The notes: a model not told the origin generated them from the sequence alone. Shown: positions 12,825-24,865, counted from the whole stretch's first letter. The stretch: DNA of 58,579 bases, filler included, from Basidioascus undulatus (GCA_000826855.1; 4 parts of 4 records of this genome joined end to end with filler, not necessarily neighbours in it), one strand, 5' to 3'. Made by a program: numbers and translations.

Positions 12825-13490
12825 GCGTGAGGCAGCTCTGCTTGCAAAGGACGCGGCGCTTGGCACGATCGAGCGCGAGCAGCGCACGCTGGTCCTTGAC
12901 CCACGCAACGGTCCGGGCGGCCGCCTCAACGGCGCGGACGAGCTCGGGCGTGATGAGGATGAGGGCGGGACGAGCTATGTTGAAGAGGTGTGTGGGTGTG
13001 GATGAGGTAAGATGAGTGGGTGAATGCGCGAGGGGTGGGATGGGGGACAACCCGGCTCCCGCCAGAAGAGCGCGAATTTATTCACTCATCCTCCGCAACT
13101 TAGTGGCGCAGAGGGGAAGAGTAAGACAGCGCACATCCGCGGCGAGGAACGAAGCGAGAGGAGCCGGGGTCGGGGCGCGCGCGGATGCAGAAGGCGGTGG
13201 TGGTCAGTCTGTATCTGAAAGGCACGGCCCCCGCCTCTCAGGCGCTCTATCGGCACCCTCCTCCTCGGAAGAATGTCATGACATGACAGAGACCTTCGAC
13301 AGGCAAACATTGGTAGCAGTAGTCAAAAAATGATGGTGCCATCAGCGAGAACGGGGGCGGAGCGACGGCGAGCAAGGGCGGGCGGCGGGCCGTGCGCTGG
13401 CCCGACCACAGTGAGCTCGCTGTCTCGGTTGATACCCATGATAAGAACAGTGGCGTCGTTGCAGGTGAATCGAGAGTGTGTAGCGAGCCG
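12825..13490 (-). repeat. Dispersed repeat copy B (inverted relative to copy A); ORF start is ATA instead of ATG
   Basis: Reverse complement aligns with 4475-5230; open frame (I)ARPALILITPELVRAVEAAARTVAWVKDQRALLALDRAKRRVLCKQSC. Confidence 0.9.
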
Positions 13491-13769
13491 GTGGGAGCGG
13501 GGATGGCCCGGAGCGAGTGATGGTGGCTGAGCGAATCGGTGCGCGAATGGCGCGGCCGGGCCGCCTGTGAAGTGCTCCGTCGACCCCTTCAGAAGGGGAG
13601 CGGGTGGGTGGCGAGAGATAATTGATAGAAATTGTGGTGGATTTGAGAGGGGGTGCCGAAGCGTCAGTCGAAGAAGCCGAACGAGCGTGCAGGGGCGAGA
13701 CGTCTGTCCAGTGAATGTAGTAAGTTGCTTCTATTCCGGTGCCCCATCCCGAGGCGCCTCTCCGCGGCT

Positions 13770-14581
13770 CTAAACGTCCCCCACCCACCAGCTATAAGCC
13801 AAGAACGCCGCGCCATACGGGCCCGCAGCCCTTCCGACGCCCCTGACCCACGCGGCCCTCCACCGGCTCCTCCTCACCCTCTGCCTGCCCTCCTTGGGGC
13901 GCTCCGCCCGCCACCCGACGCGCACGAGCGCGTCCTGTAGCCCTGCGCGCGGGCGCGGGAGCGTCTGCTCAGGCGGCAGGAGGAAGTGGCGCCAGCCGCC
14001 TTTTCGGCGGATTGCGCGAAGGAGAAGGGAGGGGGTGGAAAGTGGGGAGCGGGGATTGAGGGAACGTTCGGCGGAGAGTGCCGTGCGAAGGAGCAGGAAG
14101 GGGCGCGTGGTGAGCTGGTAGCTGTGGGGAAGGGGGTTCAGAGGGAGAGAATGGGGGAGGGTAGGGGAGGACGGAGGACGGACGAGAGCCCGGCGGTTCC
14201 TCCACCCAGGACGAGGATCGTCGCCTGGAGGATCCGCACAGACTTCGGCTTCTGATGCGGCTGTTGTGGGCTGCCATCGGCCGAAGAGTGATGATGCGGC
14301 GTGGGAGCGAGCGTCCTGCCCGCCCACGCCGAGAATTTCCGCGTGACATCGAACACCGCAAAGAAGCTCGCGAACCCGACCGCGTCCTGGACCATCGTCC
14401 AACCCAGGCTCTTCCACCCGCCGCGCGTCGCGCGCGCAACCTCCTTCCATCCTTTCTCTAAAGCGTCGCGGTCCAGGCGAGCTTTGCGGCGCGCGAGGGT
14501 GGAGCCGCGGTTGAGGGCGGGGTCGGAGAGGGAGGAGCGGGGAGATTGATCCATGGACATGGTGAATATGCGAGGATCGTT
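13770..14581 (-). CDS. 3' part of a putative mitochondrial-carrier-like membrane protein, truncated by the contig end
   Basis: GWKSLGWTMVQDAVGFASFFAVFDVTRK, ILQATILVLGGGTAGL and C-terminal GPYGAAFLAYSWW resemble carrier-type helices; no complete PX(D/E)XX(K/R) signature visible. Confidence 0.5.
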
Positions 14582-14681
14582 NNNNNNNNNNNNNNNNNNN
14601 NNNNNNNNNNNNNNNNNNNNNNNNNTTAATTAATTAANNNNNNNNNNNNNNNNNNNNNNNNNNNNNNNNNNNNNNNNNNNN
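14582..14681. other. Artificial 100-nt contig spacer
   Basis: N44-TTAATTAATTAA-N44; the core gives stops in all six frames. Confidence 0.98.
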
Positions 14682-15420
14682 GACCTGCAATGACCCATGT
14701 CACGGCTTCGACCCAGACCCTGTGAGCGTCCCCGAGCATGGGCTGGCGCTCCCGCACCTTGCCTGCCCATAGCCATGCGATGGGGCCTGCATACTCGAGG
14801 AGCGGGCGGATGAAAGTTCTGTACACTGTCAGCCGTGTCTGGGGCGACCAGCGCCCACCTTTGGTCCGGCAAAATCGCAGGAGCCCGTCCATCTTGGCTG
14901 TTGAGGTCCGCATCCAACCTGCCCAGTCTGCGCCTCCCACTCGGCGTGGCACCCCGAGATACTTGTAAGTGGAAACATGGGGGAGGGCCTGCCCATAGAG
15001 TGTGAGCGGTGCAGGGTCACCGGAGACCACACCACACTTGGACCACATTGAAGCGCATGCCGTGCTGCTCTGCCCATGCTTCAGCACGCGCCAGCAGGCG
15101 GGCTGCCTCGGCATGGGTTCGTGTGAGGATGGACCCGTCATCTGCAAAGAAGTAGGAGGCTGGCATGGTGCAACCATCTCGATTGAATGCAAGGTTTGCC
15201 TCAGTGTTCAGCGCTCGGACCAAGGGGTCGATAAAGATGTTGAACAGCATGGGTGATGCTGGGCCCCCCTGGGTAAAGCCGCAGGTGCGGCGGAAGGAGG
15301 GTAGGCGTTGGCCATTCACCACCAGGCTTGCACAAGCCCCGTGCCTTGTCAGGGCCCAGATGATGGAGCGCCACTCGAGAGGAGCTCCTCGAGCACTTAG
15401 GACTCGGTCTATCGCCCCCA
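14682..15420 (-). mobile_element. Non-LTR retrotransposon (LINE) reverse transcriptase fragment, apparently 5'-truncated, frameshifted
   Basis: VVNG, GFTQGGPASPMLFNIFID, FADD, GMRFNV-(+1 shift near 15040)-KCGV, YKYLGV, YRTFIRPLLEY; the upstream D..KAFD motif is absent. Confidence 0.9.
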
Positions 15421-15914
15421 GAGTCGGTCTTCTGCTTATCAGGACCCCTCTTCTCATAGCACTGCAGCATTCGACTGTATTCACCTCAAGTTGCAAGTGA
15501 GCAAAAAGAAGTGAACCAGCATCGCGGCGGCACCTCCGACGCGGCTGTTCCGGTTTGCCTCCGCTGACAAGGGCAGGCAGACAGCCATCACGTCATGGTT
15601 CCCGAGAGTGTGCCTGACCCGAGGCCTCGGTGACTGGAACACGCTCGTGTGTGTCACTCCCGCCGACGATCGCCCCGCACCCCGGGTCTTCTCCCGTTCT
15701 TTGCGCCCAAGTTCCTGGTCAAGCCCCTCCTTTTGTCTGTTCGTTCTTCTTCACTGGCCGCCATCGACCTTCTTTCCTTTCCTTTCCTTTTTTCTCATCC
15801 TCATCCGCGACATTCGTTCCTGCCATACACCTTTAACTCATTCAATCGCTCGCTCGCTCGTCCTCCCCTCGTCTCTCCTCGCTCGAACCTGAACCTAATC
15901 CGAACTCCGATCGA

Positions 15915-17275
15915 ATGTCGACTCTCCACTCTCCCGCTCGAGCTCAAAGACATCGACGTCCTCGCGCCTGAGCGATGTCTGCCTACGCGAGATCCTCAAC
16001 GGCGAGTCGTGCTCTCCTCTGGGATGCAAGGAGTTTGAGGGCTTCCTCCGGTACCAGGTGCGTCCTTTAGTTCATCCTCAGCCAGGGGGGGGGTTCTGAC
16101 GCGCTTTGGACGTGATGGATAGGAGCACTCTCTCAAGAACCTTCAGTTCATCGTCTGGTTCGTCTCCTACCGCGCCCGCTTCTCCGCCCTCCCGCCCTCC
16201 ACCCAAGCCCTCTCCTTCACCCCGCCGCCCCAAGCGCACGCGTCCTCCTCCTCCCGCTACGCCGCGGCCCTGACGTCCCCATCGCTTGTCCCCTCCTCCT
16301 TCTCCACCGCCACCACCACCGCCACCGCCTCCCCGCCTCCCAGCCCCTTCGCGCCGAGCTCGCCGCGTCCTCGCGACCTTCTTTGGCCCCACCGGCTCGC
16401 GCGAGCTCAACCTCCCCTCCGCAACGCGCTCGTCGTCCTCTCCCTCATCTCCACCACCACGCACCCCGATGCGCTCCTTCCGGCCTTCGCGCACGTGTAC
16501 GACCTCGTCGAGGCCAGCTCGCTGCTCCACTTCATCGCTCTCCTTGAGCAGCAATGTCAACCGCCCCAAGCAGCTGTTCTGGTAAGCCGTCGGCGCGACG
16601 GATCTGCTGGTCGACGTGTTTGTTGCACTCGTTTACATATTCTTGATCAAGACGGGGGAGGGGTTTGAGGATTGAGGCACGGAGGGCATGGAGGCTGTTT
16701 GCGCTTGTGCCGGCGTGAATTGGGGCGATGCAGACGTGCTTCTTTCATCAGCCTTTCCCCCACCCCTTCCTCGGACGACGTATCCCTCCCTCCGCGCCCT
16801 GGGAACTCGCCTCCTCCACCTTCTCGCTCGACCTCGCGCCCTCCCCGCTCCCCCTCCTTACCGCACCGTCCACGCCCCCGCCCTTCCGAAGGCCCTCAGC
16901 CCTCATCGCGACCTTCGCCGCCTCCGACTCCTTTCCCACCTTCCCATCATCCTCTTTCCCACACCCCATCCCGGAATCCCACTCCTCCTTCCCCTCCCCC
17001 ACAACATCTTTCTCCGACCCCTTCTCCTAACCCGCTCCCTCCGCCCGCCGGCGGCGCTCCACCCTCCGCACGCTCCTCTCGCGCCCGGCACGCCGAGGCA
17101 GAGCGGGGAGTACGAGCCGCGCTCCCGGGTGCCCGTGTTCGGGCCGGAGAGGGTCAGTTTGGACAAGCGTATGGTGCAGTACCACCAGCGGATCGTTAAT
17201 CAGATATTGCTCGTTGGCAGGGCGTGGACGGCCGTTTTTGGGGTGATCGTGCTGGGTGTGCCGGGGTGGCAGTGA
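15915..17275 (+). pseudogene. Fungal RGS-domain membrane protein, probably pseudogenised
   Basis: LREILNGESCSPLGCKEFEGFLRYQ|EHSLKNLQFIVWF, VLATFFGPTGSRELNLP, THPDALLPAFAHVYDLV, NVNRPKQLFW*, C-terminal PVFGPERV...IVLGVPG; the blocks lie in different frames and there is an in-frame TAA at 16583-16585. Confidence 0.7.
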
Positions 17276-17701
17276 GGCGGTGAGGTTTTGGGGCTGTGAT
17301 GCTGGAAGGATGAGCGGACGTGTTGTTTTTTTGTTTATTTTATTTTGTTTATTCGCGGTACCACAGAGGCTTCGGACTGAGCGCCTGAGCACCATACACA
17401 GCAGGGCTGACTTGGGGCCTGCATGGAAGTGCGCAGAAGTTTGGTTGTCCAGGGAAAGCTGCGGCCCGCCCGTAGCGAATTTCCACCGAGCTTGGTCGAG
17501 ACAGCGCAGTACCCGGACTTCAGAACGACGTCCTTTGCACCATTGGTCGCCCAAAGTCATGCAACTCAACACATACAGAAGATTACACCATTTTACAAAC
17601 AACAACTTCAAAGTGTTCACAGTCTCGGCAGCCCCGCGGGCTCCTACCAGATTGCCCAAGCAGCCAACTCCCTCCCAAAACATGGACAGACTATCCAGAC
17701 A

Positions 17702-19175
17702 TCAAGCGAACTGAATTCCACCATCGTAGATGATGCACTGGCCGGTACAGTAGTCGTTTTCGGGCGACGCGAGGCTGAACGTGAAGGGGGGTAAGCGGTC
17801 CTGTCGAGCAACAGGTGGGCTAGACGGTCAGGCTACGCACAAGGAGACGACCTTGCCGATGTCCTCGGGTACGGAGATGCGCTTGAGGGTTATCCTGAAG
17901 TCATTGATCAGTGTTTAGTTTTCGCGGTCCCAAAATTTTGCAAGTCGGCGAGATGGTTGTACAAGTCCGTCACGTATTTCTTCTTTGCCTCGCCTTTCTT
18001 CAGGCCCTCGATCTCTCCGAGTTTTTCATCGATGAGGTCCCACCTAGCGTGGTATCATACGGGAGCGTATCAGTGCTTGGCCAACGCTCGAAAAACGGAG
18101 CTGAACGCACATGGGCGTGTCCACGATGCCCGGGGCCTGCTCCGCTGAGTAGGAACTCAGCTTCTTTCTTCCTGCCTTGCATGGCTGTGGGGGAGACGTA
18201 CATATGCGTTAACCTGAATACCGTACCGGCCCCACTCCATTGCAGCGCTCTGGGTGAGCTGCGGCAAGTCAAAAGCAGCCGCTATTCAGCTGCAGTTTCC
18301 GCAAGAGATTATCACGCGTGCGCGTACCCCGCGCACTGCCCACTTGCTAGCGGAGTATGGAGTGAGAAGTGCTGTAAGGCGAAAGCCGTTAGTGGTGCAG
18401 CCTTTTTCGCAAGACGAAAGCAACCCTCACGGAACGGCCGGTACGCGACAATGCTGGCTGCACCGATGATCTTTCCTCCTTCACCCTGCTTGATCATCTG
18501 TTTGGCTGCGCTGATGTACTGGGTTTGGAGGGTAACGTCAATTATCCATCTCGGGAGTACATTGACGGAATAGGATGAAAGAGTGCGTTACCTGATGAAA
18601 AACTCCGAGAACGTTGACGTCCAGAACTCGCCGGATCTCGTCGGTGTCGCACTCTACTAGAGGCTTTATCGCAGCAATACCACTGTAACAAGAATGCAGG
18701 GTAAGCTCGAAGGCATTTGACATGATTAATCACGACCTCCGAGCGTACGCGTTGGCAACGAAGACCTGCAAAGGACCAAGTTCTTTCACGGCTGGATTGC
18801 AGAAGTCAGCATGTGCTTGTTCGTGGAAGAGCAGGTGCCTTTACTCTTGGATACAAGGCCGTCCACCTGCTTCTGGTCCGTAACGTCCGCTATGACGCCG
18901 ACTGCGTTACGACCTGTCCCCTTGATCTCCTTGACTAGATTGTGGATGCCCTCCTCGTTCTGCTTGACATCGTTGATCGCTACGTCGTGTCTATGGGAAT
19001 GGATCGAAATATCAGCCTGCTCGAAATACCTCCCAAGAACTGAATGAGCTAACCCGTCTGCTGCTAGGCGTAATGCAATGGCTCTTCCAATCCCTCTGCT
19101 AGACCCTGTCACGATCGCTGGCCCGCGCTTTGCAATGCGTGCACCGGACAGCGCTTTGCTCATGGACGATGCCAT
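17702..19175 (-). CDS. Short-chain dehydrogenase/reductase, acetoin (diacetyl) reductase / 2,3-butanediol dehydrogenase-like
   Basis: TGSSRGIG, DVAIND, VFVANA|GIA, GGKIIGAASI, YSASKWAVRG (YxxxK), APGIVDT, MWDLIDEKLG, TGQCIIYDGGIQFA*. Confidence 0.9.
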
Positions 19176-19748
19176 ACTGATTCGCAGTTCGGGATGAGTT
19201 GTGGGAAAGGGGCCAGATAGAATGCTGAATGGGAAAGGCAAATACGACAAGGAGCTTCTGCTCAGCAACCAACCCGAAAGGACGCCATTGCAAGGCGACG
19301 TGCCGAGATGCTCACCGACATCACATGAACTTCCGGAATGACATGTGAGCATTCCAAGTCCCGATCGCTCACGGAGAGGTGCCATCTTTTCCGTGAAGAG
19401 TCCTACAGCAGACCCAGCGGCATAAGCCGATGCAAGCAACGTACCGGTGCGGTCCGCGAGTCTCGCCTCTCACAAGACAACAGCAAGGTGGAGTACGGTA
19501 CAGTGTGACAGGCCATGAGTTGCACTCTGTGCAAAACCAGCCAGAATAATGTGGGACACAAGACCAAACAAGACTGGAGATTGTAGATGGTACAGGTCAT
19601 GTGGTTCATCATAGCAATCCAGGCAGCTCAAGCCGGCCCGATCATTCCGGCCATTGCGACACGGTCGCCTGCGCATCAGCACACAATGTAGTAATTTCAA
19701 CTTGAATGTTGATAAGGTACGACTGTGATTCGAAAACAAGACGCGACC

Positions 19749-22346
19749 CTACTCGTCCCTCGCCAACTGTGCGTATGTACCCCGCGAAGATGGCGAAGCG
19801 ACGAGTGGAGCACGCGATGGGCGGCGCGTGCGAACATCATCCGAGTCGAACAGCGCAGGAATTTCCTCCAGAGGAACACCGGCCGTCTCGGGCACACGCA
19901 GGAAAACGAAAGCAATGCCCGCGGCAGCCAGTGCCGCATAGAGCCAGAACGCGCCGCTTGCGCTGATGCCTGCAACGCACACAGCCATCCAGTCAGTGGA
20001 ATCGTGGAGGGAGAAGAGCGGAGCGACTTCACGGACCTTTGACGAGGGATAGAAAGGTCGCTGATACAAGCAGATTGCCCAACCAGCACGCCGCTGAGGC
20101 GATGCCGCCGCCGAGTCCGCGGACCTCGGTAGAGAAGAGCTCCGCCTGCATGAGCCAGGGGAGAGGTCCCATGCCGAAAGCGTATGTCGAACAGAACGCA
20201 ATCTGCAACGGGCGCAGGCGAGTTGTCAGCCTACGGCGGCAAGGCTAAGAAGCCAGAGCGTGTCGTGGAGGCACCATCGAGAAGAGGCAGAAATACGACG
20301 CCCAAGCGTTTGCGGGCGGGGTGGCATCGCTCTAGAACGACGAGAGCAGGCATGTTACGGGATTTCTCGAGGACTGAAGCGCCAGTAATTACCTCAGAAA
20401 TATGGTCGGACAGCAGCTTGAACGACAAAGCCAGTGCAACTAGGCCGACTACCATCCCGGCGAGCGAGAAGAGTAGCATGGGTCTGCGGCCGAGGCGGTC
20501 GATTAGACGGAGAGCAATACACTGCGGAACGATGGCGCTCAGATCACCGGGCGTGAAAGATGGATATGGGTTGTACCGTGCAGATGAAGTTGGCAAAGGC
20601 GACGCACAGCGCCGCACGAGTCGGGTTGGACGAGAACCCGGCTAGCTCGAGGATAGTTGCTGAATAGTACTGAAGGTGACGATAAAGGAGCGTTTGAGCG
20701 TTCTAGGGACGCGGGACTTCCCTGCCCTTCGCTATATGACGCACCATGAGCGTGTTGAATCCGGTGACCTTGAGTGGCAGCGTCGTGAGTATATGGACCA
20801 CCTCAGCCGCGTGAGAGCGTGAGGATCCATACTCACCTGCTGAAGCAGCTGCAGCCCAACCGCGACAATCAGCGCCCGGCGGTTGTGCCGGACAAACCAG
20901 ATCTTGCCGAGGAGCTCGCGCAAATCCTCCTTCTTTCCCTCGCCTGCGCCCTCGGCTCGCAATGAATCCTCGACGGCCTCAACTTTATCCACCAAGTCTG
21001 TGCGCGTTGCGTAGGGGTAGATCAGGGACAGGACATCCTGCGCGTCCTGTCGGCGGGAAGAGAGGATGAGGTAGCGCGGGGATTCGGGAAGGGTGAGGAG
21101 GCCGAATAACTGTAGAGAGATGAAGGCTGTTAGAGGGTGGTTGAATTACGGTAGAAAAACGGCCGCTGACTTGGATGATTGGTGCTAGGGAGGTGATTGG
21201 AATGAGTGCGAGATCGGACGGAGAACTGGAGATGGAGGGCAAGAATGCGTACGAATAGCGCCGAAAGCGGCCATCCAGCGCCAGCCGTTCTGAACGGGAG
21301 ATCTGTCAGTGACAGCGAGCGGATACGATGCGGAGCCCGTGTCACCTTGACATCGAACAGCAGCGAGTCTACGATATAAGCGAGGACTTGCCCTAACAGG
21401 TCCGGCGGCGTCACAATCACCGCTCCAATTTACTATGAAAGGGCAAGAAGGGACGTACCACCAGTCACAAGGGCGATATCCGCCACTACGATCTTGCCTC
21501 GGTGCTGCTCAGGCGCGACTTCACCTAAATAAGCTGGGACGACCATCGATGCCTGCTTAGGTGCGTCAGTGCATTGGTCCCCTTCAGCAAAGCAATGACA
21601 GTGATGATGTTCGTGAAAACTCCGATATCCAGCAGAGTACCCCAGGCCCTCTACCGGTCTGCAAGCACCGCCGGCTCTTCGTCTGAAAGCCGAGCAGAGG
21701 CACGTCAACGCACCAACCCAACGCCAACGCCAGCCAGCAATCTCCCGCCTGTCAAACTTCCGAAGCTTTGCGCGAGAGCCTGCCAGACCGCCGATACGGC
21801 GAACAGCACCGCTGACCAGCACAGGACTGGCTTTCGCCCGTACCCATCCGCTAGCCGACCCGCAGCGAGGGAAGAGAATAAAGCGCCAAAGGTGGTCGCT
21901 GACACTACAACCTCTTTGTTATACGGCAGGATTCGTGAGTACCGGGAGATTTGGAATGGTAGTAAGGTTCGATCGATCTACCTTGCTGCGTGGCCGTCAG
22001 TTCGACACCGCCGAGAGAGTCGCCGATGGCCACCAGAACTCCGGAGATGACACCCGCTGAACACCTCCGTCCATGAGCATTTCAAATGAAAGACTCGAAG
22101 CGATTAAAGACTTGCTGTCAAATCCAAACAAGACTGCGGTCAACCGAACGTCAGCTCGTGGACGACGTTAGACAAGGCAACCTCGTTACCTCCTCCGATG
22201 CCCGCGACGAATGTGAGCCGTAAAAGATAGGTGGTCGAGCTTTTCTCGGAATCACCTAGCTGGGACTCAGCCGCAGGCTCGGTACGTTCGATGGGAGCGC
22301 CGGACTCCAGCGAAATGGGCGCGGCCGACTCCGCGGCAGGCATCAC
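19749..22346 (-). CDS. MFS sugar-porter family transporter, myo-inositol/polyol transporter-like
   Basis: GVISGVLV, LADGYGRKPV, GRLLAGVGVG, VPAYLGEVAP..RG, GWRWM, LPESPRYL, LQLLQQ, LIDRLGRRPMLL, VPETAGVPLEEI. Confidence 0.88.
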
Positions 22347-22844
22347 GAGGGCAGTACGAGAGAAAGAGACGATGAACGTAGGGTATCAGTTAATAAAGTA
22401 GTGCGTTATGAAATATTGAAGGATTGTGGGTCAGGTTGTACGCGAGATGCGGCGAGATTCAACGAGATGATGGTTCAGAGGAGAGATGCGGGCGCGAGGC
22501 GGACGTGTCGAGGATGCGAAGTCCGATCGGGCCAAAGCCATCCTGCAGGAGTTTCAAGACCTGTTCACGACGCACGCAGTGGCGCACATGCTGCTGCTTT
22601 CATTGGGCTGATATACTACCTACTCTCTTGCACAAGGTCTGCTCAGCGCACGATCGTTTCGAGACCGAAAGACGAGAAGTCACAGAAAACTGCCCATCCA
22701 CCACGTTGTCCAGCACGCAGCAAGCCCCTGACAATGATGATCAAGTAACATATGCATTCTTCTCGAGGCGTTTCACGACGCCGTGCTTTCCCTATTTGTT
22801 CCCATCATTGCGGATTCCCGCTTCAAACTGCTATGCGCAGGCGT

Positions 22845-24865
22845 TTAAGCCTGCGCAGCGACCGACTGGGCGAGGACACCGCCCTCCTTGGCAACGCAAG
22901 CCTGCAGGCGGCACATCTCGCGCCTGGAGAGTTGAAGGTGACGATTAGACTCGACTCGTCAGTGGGAAAGGTGAAGAGAGGCACGCACTGTTTGGCGGTG
23001 CCGTCGGTGTTGTCAACCTCGAGGTCCCACGAGAGGAACTCATTGGTCATGTTCGGCTTGAAGTCCGGCTGGACGATGCCGAGGCGGATGGAGTAGTTCG
23101 TGACCTTAGAGGTCATGCGTGTTGATCAGTAACAACACCCCCATGCGAAACGCAAGAGGTAGAGGAGATGAGCACACCTTCGTCCAGTCGCGCTTGACAT
23201 TGGCGAGGTCGCGCGAGAGGTAGTTGAACGAGCGGTCGAACTGGAGTGCGTTGAGCTTGGTGTTCATCGCGGGCTGCAGGGGTTGTGACAACGATCGTGA
23301 GCATTGGTGGATGCGAAGAGGATTGGTGGGAGATGGTGGAGAGGGCGCACCTTGAACGCGCAGTACTTCTCCCAGCCGGCCTTGGGGTCCTTGAAGAGCT
23401 CGTCGGCGCCACGCTTGACAGCACGCATGAACGCGCCGGTCTCCTTGGGGTGAGCCTTGATCCAGTCCTCGTTGCCTGTTCAACGCGAGGGACATCAGCA
23501 CAGCGTAGGCAAGAGTAGGAAGATAGAAGCGTGCGCACCGATGTAGAGGATAGAGCAGAAGCAGCAGCACCCAAGCTCAGCGAGCTCGTCGATGCGGAGC
23601 ATCTTGACGTCGGACGCGGGGCGGCCGTTGGCCTTGCACCACTCCTCGAGCTGTGGTTCCAGGCGTCGTTCAGTTTCTTCCGTCTCCATGCAACGGAGTC
23701 CCCAACTACCGTGCTTGTCGACAATGAAGCAATCCCAGGCAGGCATTACCCTGCGCAGGTTATGGCGGTCTGATCTCAGCACGACCCGCTCGGAGGCGGG
23801 TCGGCACCCGCTTGACGTTCATAGCGACAAGCTCCCTTTAGGAGACGCGAGCGTACCTGACTTGGCAGCCCGAGAATGGAAGAAAGAAAAAATAGCGAAA
23901 GAGACGCGGTGGTCCCGGTTGGGTAGCGGGTTCACGACCTCGCGGATCATCTCACCTCGACCTGCTGGACTGCGGGAGGGGGCAAGGAAGGGTGTGAGTA
24001 CGTCCAACCAAGGAGGGAGGCGACAGGGAAAGAAGGGTAGGGATTTTACTGTTCTCGAGACCGATGCCGGCGTCGATCGTGCCCTCGATAATGGCCTTAG
24101 AGATGTTCATGCCGCAACGGACAGCGGTGTAGTCCGCAGGGGTCATGCCTGCCCCGGCGGTCCGCCCTTTGAGTCGCCCGCACGTCACCCAAAGCTCGAC
24201 CGTCAACATACCGTAATGCTTGGTGAGTTCGTCGATTTGAACCTTGCCAAACTCGCCGACGTACCCGATCCTCTTGCCCTTGAGGGACTGGAAGTCGGAG
24301 GTGACGCCCGAGCCCTATTGACGTTTCACTCTCCGTCAACACCCACAAGTCTCGCACGACCTGGCCTGAAAAACTACGCACCTCGAGGTAGAGTACGCCG
24401 GTGAAGGGCTCGTCCATGAGCGTGCCGATGGACTTGATCGGGTAGCCGCGGGCCTTGCCAGCGATGGTGTGGACCATGGCCTTGGTGCCGAGGTCGGCCT
24501 TGCCAGCGCCCTGAGAGCAGCAGAGTACACGGTCAGCGAGCTGCGCGATTAGATAAAAGAGTGAGGCCACACGCACGATGAGCTCCGTCACGTCCGAGGG
24601 GTCGTTGGGTTCGAGGATGGCGACCTTGATGCCCTCGTCCTTGAAGTAGCCTGTCGGACCATGAGGATCAGGCCCGATGCGGGGAGACGTCCATGGTGTT
24701 GTCTGATGTACCATTGGCCTGAGCAAGGAAAAGCGGGGCGTGGTACGCCGTCGCGTGCCTATCAACAAGAATCCGGTCGGGTCAGTCAATCCAGGCTCGA
24801 GAAGGTGGTCGAAAAGAGAAGACACACCAGTTGAGGAGGACAGAGATCTTGTCAGTGGTCGCCAT
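22845..24865 (-). CDS. THI5: HMP-P synthase of thiamine biosynthesis (THI5/NMT1 family), multi-exon
   Basis: [119 protein letters not shown]. Confidence 0.97.
23726..23814 (-). ncRNA. TPP riboswitch aptamer within a 305-nt coding-region intron (23651-23955) of THI5/NMT1
   Basis: Sense strand AAGC GGGTGC CGACCCGC-CTCCGA-GCGGGTCG TGCTGAGA TCAGACCGC CATAACCTG CG CAGG GTAATG CCTG CCTGGGATT GCTT: P1 AAGC/GCTT, perfect 8-bp P3, CTGAGA junction, TAAT L5 loop; host gene is a thiamine synthesis gene. Confidence 0.92.

Noticed and set aside
14626..14637. TTAATTAATTAA as a piggyBac TTAA target or biological palindrome (also in the other two spacers)
   Set aside because: Always centred in N runs totalling exactly 100 nt; it is an assembly linker
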